Of a stretch of 64,000 bases of DNA, positions 63,235 to 64,000 are shown piece by piece; the first letter of the stretch is position 1, and each line of letters opens with the position of its first letter. The translations under genes and the position numbers were made by a program. Source of the stretch: Chlorokybus atmophyticus (Eukaryota; Plantae; Mesostigma and Chlorokybus algae); contig RHPI01001037.1 in assembly GCA_009103225.1 (NCBI GenBank), positions 1,340,916 through 1,404,915 on the forward strand, written 5' to 3'. Below the pieces are notes generated by a model. That model searched no databases. It was not told the origin of the DNA and saw only the letters and a list, made by a program, of their open reading frames with translations.

Positions 63235-64000
63235 CTGAACTGACCTTTGCAAGGCGAGCACCGCATTCAGGAGTAGATAGCCAGCAAAAGGCGACAAGAA
63301 GCTTGCAAGCAGCCGCTCCACCGCTTCTGTCCAGCTGGGAAGGAGTTATGTGAAGGACAAGAAAAGGGTCTGAAGGATTAGAAGCTAGAAGCAACGACGG
63401 GAGCAGAGATTACTGAGCATATACCTAACGACTTGCTTGCTTCCGCCGTCCCCACCTTAGCCGCCGTCGCTAAGTTGGCGGCAGGGATTGGACAAGAGTT
63501 TGAAATTTGAACCCATGCAGTTTGCTCTTATAAGGAAGGGCAGCTTCCGGACGGGGAAGGTCCTGGGGCAGTCTTCAGCGGAAGTCGCTAACCCAGGCTA
63601 TAGCCACATTGATAAGTCATGGCTATCAGGCTTCAAGCCCATGCTGGTGTTAACTATGGCTTTGAGAAATGGGTGTGCTCCAACTGCTCATGTGCAGTAT
63701 TTGATCTTACCAGCTTAGCTTATCTGACCCCACGTATCGCAATCTGTGTTTATTAATAATATTGATTGGGTCAATTGCATTGAATGTTGAACGTTGTAAT
63801 GTAATGATAGCTGCGCAATGCGTGCATTTTTGGTCATTCACAATCAACAACGTTACGCATTGGGTAGGTGGCATAACATTTATTACATACCTAGTATTCA
63901 TGCATGTAAGTAAACAAAGCACGAAGTCGAAACATTGTACAAAACTCACATTCATATACATATGATGTACCATGCACACGTGTGCACGAAAGCAAAAATA

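Noticed and set aside
1-64000. tRNA, rRNA or snRNA genes
   Set aside because: None recognised by eye; tRNAscan-SE or Infernal would be needed to exclude them

Overview
Eukaryotic nuclear DNA of about 50% GC, with short GT-AG introns and three N gaps. Plant-like genes (plastid PDH E2, DUF1118/RIQ, NUDX23, CCR4a), a plastid sulfate-binding protein and a cilia-type LRR gene suggest a flagellate-producing green alga, possibly an early-diverging streptophyte (inference). About 14 protein-coding genes and 3 pseudogenes can be rebuilt by splicing the short ORFs. Mobile DNA comprises a full-length chromodomain Ty3/Gypsy LTR element with a TSD, a solo LTR with a TSD, and a decayed segmental duplication. 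The best leads are: (1) a Dam-like N6-adenine methyltransferase-type segment in front of the protease of the Gypsy element; (2) SDHAF1 and a MINPP1-like phosphatase separated by only 2 nt within one exon (TAG-CA-ATG), i.e. a candidate bicistronic locus, followed 3 nt after its stop by a decayed F-box-like ORF; (3) a DEDDh exonuclease with two tandem C-terminal His/Cys zinc modules; (4) an HMG-box/AT-hook protein with unusual domain order; (5) two miRNA-like hairpins. All protein assignments come from motif recognition by eye; no database searches were run.
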